DNA of 64,000 nucleotides from an uncultured bacterium (GTDB lineage Bacteria; Krumholzibacteriota; Krumholzibacteriia; LZORAL124-64-63): NCBI GenBank assembly GCA_963727525.1, contig CAVSGO010000007.1, positions 1,632,001 to 1,696,000 of the forward strand, read 5' to 3'. Shown piece by piece: positions 59,043 to 64,000 of this stretch (position 1 is its first letter; each line of letters starts with the position of its first letter). The notes under the pieces were generated by a model. It saw only the letters and a program-made list of their open reading frames with translations, ran no database searches and was not told where the DNA came from. The position numbers and the translations under genes were made by a program.

Positions 59043-59458
59043 GCTTCGACCTCCGGACGCGACGATCCGTCCAGGTACGTTTGCAGGATCAGTTCCGCCG
59101 CCAGGGCATCGACCATCTCTCGCGGCCGCCCGCGCCCGACCAGGATGCGCTCGGCCTGCTGGCTCGTGTAGCGCTCGTCGAGCAGGTGGACGGGGAGCGC
59201 GAGCGCGTCCCGGACCCGGTTGGCGAAACGGCGCGCTTGCGCTGCGATGTCGCCCTCGCCCCCGTCGGCCCGCAGCGGTAGCCCGACCACCACCACCGTC
59301 ACACCGCGCTCGGCGACGATGCGTTCCAGCCAGGCCAGTACCGAGCCGTCGCGCCCCTCCCGGTGCGTCGCCAGCGCGAAGGCGTGGCGTCCCTCGATGT
59401 CGCTCACCGCGGCCCCGATGCGGCGCGTTCCGTAGTCGAGGCCGAGATAGACAGGCAT
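59039..59458 (-). CDS. ruvX: Holliday junction resolvase-like / pre-16S rRNA nuclease YqgF
   Basis: LGLDYGTRRIGAA, VVGLP, DERYTS, VDALAAELILQ. Confidence 0.93.
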   Translation of the reverse strand: MPVYLGLDYGTRRIGAAVSDIEGRHAFALATHREGRDGSVLAWLERIVAERGVTVVVVGLPLRADGGEGDIAAQARRFANRVRDALALPVHLLDERYTSQQAERILVGRGRPREMVDALAAELILQTYLDGSSRPEVEA

Positions 59459-59463
59459 GGCGA

Positions 59464-59904
59464 TCAGGCGGGGAGATCGAGGTGCTTGATCAGACGGACG
59501 AGAAAACGTCCGTCAGGCGCACGGCCGTACTGCAGGTCGTCGGAGAACTCGCGCATGATGAGGATCCCGCGACCGCGTTCGCGCAAGAGATCGGTGGCTG
59601 GTTGCCAGATCGAGTAGTCGAAGCCCGGCCCCTCGTCGAGGACGGAGACGGCCAGCGATCCATCCTCGACGTCGATCCGGATCTCGATCTGCCGGTCGTC
59701 GCGTAGCTTGTTGCCATGTTCCATTGCGTTGGTGCACGCCTCGATGACGGCCGTCCCCAGCTCCTCGATCGCCTTTTTCGGACAGTCGAGGTCGGTGCCG
59801 ATCTCCATGAGCACCGCATCGGGCACACCGAGGTATGCCAGCTGGCTCGGCAACTTGAGTTCGATCCGTGCAGTCAACTGTCGCCCCGCAACCGGTTCAG
59901 GCAA
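59464..59904 (-). CDS. Anti-sigma factor, RsbW/SpoIIAB-like ATP-binding protein (start uncertain)
   Basis: AVIEACTNAMEHGN, DEGPGFD, RGRGI. Confidence 0.85.
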   Translation of the reverse strand: MPEPVAGRQLTARIELKLPSQLAYLGVPDAVLMEIGTDLDCPKKAIEELGTAVIEACTNAMEHGNKLRDDRQIEIRIDVEDGSLAVSVLDEGPGFDYSIWQPATDLLRERGRGILIMREFSDDLQYGRAPDGRFLVRLIKHLDLPA

Positions 59905-60235
59905 AGCTCTGGATCGCCTGGTCCTCGTCATCATAGGACTCGAAGACGGTGTACAGCTTGGAGACCATGAAGATGGTCTCGATACGCTCGGAAACCTTCA
60001 GAAGTTTCAGCTCGCCGCCGGCGCGCTTGGCCGTGGTGTACCCCGAGATGAGGATGCCCAGCCCGGTACTGTTGACCCACTTCACGCTGCCGAGGTTCAC
60101 GAGAAAGTTCTTCTCGCCCTCGTGGATCAGGGTGCGCAGCACCTCGTTGAACGCCTCGGCGTCGGGCCCGCCCATGAGCTTGCCGCTCAGATCCAGGATG
60201 ATCACACCATCCCGCTTGCGTTCCTTGACCTTCAC
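59897..60235 (-). CDS. STAS-domain anti-sigma antagonist (RsbV/SpoIIAA-like)
   Basis: LSGKL, NLGSVKWVNSTGLGIL (phospho-Ser site). Confidence 0.9.
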   Translation of the reverse strand: MKVKERKRDGVIILDLSGKLMGGPDAEAFNEVLRTLIHEGEKNFLVNLGSVKWVNSTGLGILISGYTTAKRAGGELKLLKVSERIETIFMVSKLYTVFESYDDEDQAIQSFA

Positions 60236-60313
60236 GCATCGACTCCTTGTGGGCGGCGGCCCTGCCCGTCGCCGTAAGCCAGGATAGCCGAGGCGGTTTC
60301 GCCTGTCCAGGCG

Positions 60314-61327
60314 TCAATCTGGTGCTGGTCCCAGACTCGGCGGCCACGGGAGGTCGAGTTGCCCGCACAGCCGCCGCAACGGCATGGCGAGGTCGGCCGG
60401 TAACGGCGCCTCGAAACGCCGCATCTCCCCCGTGGACGGGTGGCGCAGCTCGAGCACGTGGGCATGCAGGAACTGGCGGTGTACGGCTTTCACGAGCTGG
60501 GCGGCGGCGGCCCGGTCGACGGGCCGCACATTGCGCGCGCGGCGATCGTCGCCGTAGACCGGATCCCCCACCAGAGGATGGCCGTGATGGGTGAAATGCA
60601 CCCGAATCTGGTGCGTGCGGCCGGTGTCGAGCTTCACGCGGCAGAGCTGCACGAAGCCGAGGTCGGCCAACACCTCGAAGTGGGTGACCGCCTCGCGCCC
60701 CCCTCGCGTGACCACGGCCATGCGCTGCCGATCGCGGGGGTGCCGATCGATGGCGCCGACGAGGGTGCCACCGGATTCGGGCCAGGCCCCCCACGCCAGA
60801 GCTACGTAGGTGCGTCCGAGGCTGCGGTCCTGGAGCTGCTCCTGCAGGGAGCGGTAGGCGCGCGGACTCAGGGCGACGACGAGCAGCCCCGAGGTTTCGC
60901 GGTCGAGCCGGTGCACGAGGCCGGGGCGCCGCGGATCGCCGGTATCGACGATGGTGCGGCAGTGGTGGAGCAGGGCATTCACCAGGGTGCCGCTCGCGTG
61001 ACCGGGTGCGGGATGTGTGACCAGGCCGGCCGGCTTGTCGACCACGAGGATGTCGTCGTCCTCGTACACGATCGCCAGCGGCATCGCCTGCGGCAGGATG
61101 TGCGTCTCGGCGACTTCGGGCAGCGTGTAGGACACAGTCTGCCCCGCGGACACGCGGTACGACTTGGCGCGCGGCCGGTCATCCACGCGCACCAGATCGG
61201 CGGCGAACACGCGCTGGAACTGACTGCGGCTGACTTCGGGCAAGCGATCGCTGACAACGCGATCGAGCCGTTCCCCGTCCTCGTCGTCGTGTACGCGGAA
61301 TCGGCGATCAGCCGGGGCGTCACTCAC
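60314..61327 (-). CDS. rluD: RluA-family pseudouridine synthase (RluD-like)
   Basis: S4 domain, DKPAGLVTHP, VHRLDRETSG, TGRTHQIRVH, GDPVYG, LHA. Confidence 0.88.
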   Translation of the reverse strand: MSDAPADRRFRVHDDEDGERLDRVVSDRLPEVSRSQFQRVFAADLVRVDDRPRAKSYRVSAGQTVSYTLPEVAETHILPQAMPLAIVYEDDDILVVDKPAGLVTHPAPGHASGTLVNALLHHCRTIVDTGDPRRPGLVHRLDRETSGLLVVALSPRAYRSLQEQLQDRSLGRTYVALAWGAWPESGGTLVGAIDRHPRDRQRMAVVTRGGREAVTHFEVLADLGFVQLCRVKLDTGRTHQIRVHFTHHGHPLVGDPVYGDDRRARNVRPVDRAAAAQLVKAVHRQFLHAHVLELRHPSTGEMRRFEAPLPADLAMPLRRLCGQLDLPWPPSLGPAPD

Positions 61328-61847
61328 CGGACGACTCCCCGGCCGGCACGTGGCCGGCCCGGTGCCGACGGCTGCGCCAGTCCTCGATGAACAGGGAGAC
61401 GAAGAGCAGGGCGCCACCCACGGTCACGCCCATGTCGGCCACGTTGAAGGTGTAGAAACGATGGCGGCCGATCCCGACGTCGATGAAGTCGACGACGAGG
61501 CCCTGATAGAAGATACGATCGACGAGATTGCCGAGCGCTCCGCCGAGGATCGCCCCCATGGCCAGGCGCCGCAAACGGTAGGACGGCGCCGAAGCCAGGA
61601 GCAGGTACACCAGAAACGCGGCCGCGGCGAGGCTGACCGCGACCAGGACCCACCGGCCGACCGGGAACAGGCCCATGGCCGAGCCGGGATTGCGCACGTA
61701 GGCGAGGCGAAGCCAGTCCCCCAGGATCTCGAAGCGTTCGAAACGCAGGGTGTCGGCCGAGGCCAGCACCAGGCGCTTGGTCACGAAGTCGGCGATCAGC
61801 AGCACACCGGCGACCAGCCAGGCCTCGCTGCGCACCAGGCGATTCAA
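61320..61847 (-). CDS. lspA: Lipoprotein signal peptidase II
   Basis: NPGSAMG, GGALGNLVDR, VVDFI, FNVAD. Confidence 0.93.
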   Translation of the reverse strand: MNRLVRSEAWLVAGVLLIADFVTKRLVLASADTLRFERFEILGDWLRLAYVRNPGSAMGLFPVGRWVLVAVSLAAAAFLVYLLLASAPSYRLRRLAMGAILGGALGNLVDRIFYQGLVVDFIDVGIGRHRFYTFNVADMGVTVGGALLFVSLFIEDWRSRRHRAGHVPAGESSGE

Positions 61848-62221
61848 AGGTTTCCTGCCTCTTCCTTCTCCTTGCAATCGATGCACAGGCGCGCGTACGG
61901 CAGGGCTCTCAGGCGCTCCAGGCCGATCTGATGGCCGCAGGCCTCGCACTTGCCGTAGGTCCCGTCCTCGATGCGCGAGAGCGCTTCCTCGATGTGGTAG
62001 AGGTAGCGCCCCTCGGTGGAGGCGAACTGGATCGTCGTTTCGTACTGGTACTCGTCCGTGCCCTGGTCGGCCAGATGATTGCTGTGGGCCTTGCCCGGCC
62101 CGATGCCATCGGTTCCGTCCTGGTTGCGGATGACCTTCTCGTGCTGAGCGAGCGACTGAGAGACGCGCTCCTTCTCCTGCATCAGCACTTTCCGGAACCG
62201 TTGCATCTCGGTCTTACGCAT
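61844..62221 (-). CDS. TraR/DksA C4-type zinc finger protein
   Basis: HLADQGTD, ALSRI..GTYGKCEACG..ERLRALPYARLCIDC. Confidence 0.9.
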   Translation of the reverse strand: MRKTEMQRFRKVLMQEKERVSQSLAQHEKVIRNQDGTDGIGPGKAHSNHLADQGTDEYQYETTIQFASTEGRYLYHIEEALSRIEDGTYGKCEACGHQIGLERLRALPYARLCIDCKEKEEAGNL

Positions 62222-62235
62222 GGCACCTCCTCTCG

Positions 62236-64000
62236 CTACGTCTCCACCTTCTCCAGGGCGATGGACACGTCCACGTCCTCGATGGTGAAGGTATCATGAT
62301 GGGCGTAGTCACCGTCCGCACCCAGGATCTCGGCGAGGGTCTCCCGCTGGATCCATGCCGCGTGGCTGGCAACCGCTTCGGTCACGACCGACGGACCAAT
62401 GACGACCAGACGGATCCGGTCGGCGACGTCCAGGCCGCTCTTCTTGCGCAGGTTCTGCACCTTGTTGATGATCTCCCGGCACAGCCCCTCGGCGCGCAGT
62501 TCCGGCGTCACCGTGGTATCGACAGCCACGGTCAGTCCACCCGGCCCCCCTCCTGCCACGAAGGGTGCGATGCCCGCCTCGCGCACGGTGATCTCGTCGC
62601 CGTCGAGGGTCTCCTCGCGGCCATCGATCGTGAGCGCGATGCGACCCGTCTCGCGCAGCGAGCGGATCTGCGCAGCATCCATTGCGGCCACCGCAGCAGC
62701 GACGGGTTGCACGTTCTTGCCGAAACGGGGGCCGAGCGCCCGGAAGTTCGGCTTGGCCGTGAGCGTGGCCACGGTGGTGGGATCGTCCAGCAACTCCACC
62801 GACTTCACGTTCAACTCGCTGGCCACGTAGCCCACGAGGTTGGCGTCGGCGAGCACCAGTCCGGCGCGATCGTCAACGCTGTGCACGAGCAGGCGACCCA
62901 GCGGCTGGCGCACCTTGAGCTGGGCTTCCTGGCGCAGTGCGCGGCCGAGCGTCACCACGTCCTGCGCGGCGGCCATGCTCCACTCGAGGTCCGTGTCCTG
63001 GAGGGCGGGATCCGCCACGGGGAAATCCTGAAGGTGCACCGACGTGTCCGGATCGGCGTACGCGCAGAGGCCGCGGTGGATCTCCTCGGCCGTGAACGGC
63101 ACGAACGGTGCGAGCAGCCTGACCACCGTGACGAGCACCGAATTCAGCGTCGTGTAGGCCGTATGCTTGTCGGTGGTCATCTCGCCATGCCAGAAGCGCC
63201 TGCGCGACAGGCGAACATACCAGTTGCTGAGATCGTCGATGACGAATGTATGCAGCGTCTTGCCGGCGCGGGTGAGGTTCATGGCGTCGAGGTCGTCGCG
63301 CACCGCATGCGTGACGCTCTGCAGACGGCTGAGGATCCAGCGGTCGAGCTGCCCGGCATCCGTGGCGCGCGAGGCGTCGGGTGTCCACCCGTCGAGGTTG
63401 GCGTACAGGGCGAAGAATTTGTAGGTGTTCTCCAGGGTCCCCAGCAGCTTGCTCTGCGCCTCCTTCACGCCGTCGCGGTCGAAGCGCGTGGGGAGCCACA
63501 CCGGATTGACGGTGAGCATGTACCAGCGCAGAGGATCGGCGCCCTCGGCGTGCAGGATCTCCATGGGATCGACTGCGTTGCCGAGGCTCTTGGACATCTT
63601 CTTGCCCTTGGCGTCGAGGATCAGCTCGTTCACCAGGCAGGCCTTGTAGCTGCTGCGTCCGGTGAGGAACGTGCCGATCACGAGCATGGTGTAGAACCAG
63701 CCGCGCGTCTGGTCGACGCCCTCGCTGATGAAGTCTGCCGGGTACTGGCTCCGGAACAGCGCCTCGTTGTCGAAGGGCCAGTGGTACTGCGCGAAGGGCA
63801 TGCTGCCCGAGTCGAACCAGCAGTCGATCACCTCGGGGGTGCGGCGCATGGTACCGTCGCAGGTCCCGGACGTGCACGGGAACGTGATGTCGTCGACGTG
63901 CGGACGGTGCAGGTCGAGCTGTGCCTGGTCCTGGCCAGTGAGCTGCGTCAGCTCCGCGCGGGACTGCGGCAGGTGCAGATGGCCGCAGGCGTCGCACACC
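62236..64000 (-). CDS. ileS: Isoleucine--tRNA ligase, C-terminal part (runs off window end)
   Basis: DCWFDSGSMP, EGVDQTRGWF, KMSKS, DDLSNWYVR, KVRQPL, ELNVK. Confidence 0.95.
   Translation of the reverse strand, partial: VCDACGHLHLPQSRAELTQLTGQDQAQLDLHRPHVDDITFPCTSGTCDGTMRRTPEVIDCWFDSGSMPFAQYHWPFDNEALFRSQYPADFISEGVDQTRGWFYTMLVIGTFLTGRSSYKACLVNELILDAKGKKMSKSLGNAVDPMEILHAEGADPLRWYMLTVNPVWLPTRFDRDGVKEAQSKLLGTLENTYKFFALYANLDGWTPDASRATDAGQLDRWILSRLQSVTHAVRDDLDAMNLTRAGKTLHTFVIDDLSNWYVRLSRRRFWHGEMTTDKHTAYTTLNSVLVTVVRLLAPFVPFTAEEIHRGLCAYADPDTSVHLQDFPVADPALQDTDLEWSMAAAQDVVTLGRALRQEAQLKVRQPLGRLLVHSVDDRAGLVLADANLVGYVASELNVKSVELLDDPTTVATLTAKPNFRALGPRFGKNVQPVAAAVAAMDAAQIRSLRETGRIALTIDGREETLDGDEITVREAGIAPFVAGGGPGGLTVAVDTTVTPELRAEGLCREIINKVQNLRKKSGLDVADRIRLVVIGPSVVTEAVASHAAWIQRETLAEILGADGDYAHHDTFTIEDVDVSIALEKVET

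Overview
High-GC bacterial chromosomal segment. FlgD-Ig/T9SS-type C-terminal domains, a C25 (PorU/gingipain-like) peptidase and LPS genes suggest an FCB-superphylum diderm such as a Krumholzibacteria/Latescibacteria-like lineage (inference only). Most of the window is minus-strand housekeeping: partial ileS, dksA-like, lspA, rluD, STAS/anti-sigma pair, ruvX, mltG, queE/queC, uvrA, galE, glmM, glmS, lepA, lepB, hemW, hrcA, grpE, dnaJ, rsmE, yqeY, cvpA and partial mutS2. Five tRNAs are present (Sec, Thr, Phe, Asp, Val). Two accessory loci stand out. (1) At 24.3-31.7 kb, a cholesterol-dependent-cytolysin-like lipoprotein, an ECF43-type sigma factor and a Ser/Thr kinase-TPR gene converge on an orphan contractile phage-tail-SHEATH protein. 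That sheath has a Sec signal peptide and a C-terminal FlgD-Ig sorting domain, and no tube or baseplate genes are nearby. (2) At 49.9-57.4 kb, a large PorU-like C25 peptidase lies beside two paralogous secreted proteins ending in W-x-x-VKALF and a dockerin-like protein, each with its own promoter, leader and terminator: a candidate surface-sorting/assembly system. Also seen: a frameshifted mazG, a ~180-bp MITE-like palindrome with a target-site duplication, and a small membrane ORF whose stop codon lies inside tRNA-Val. All protein calls are by-eye motif recognition, not database searches.
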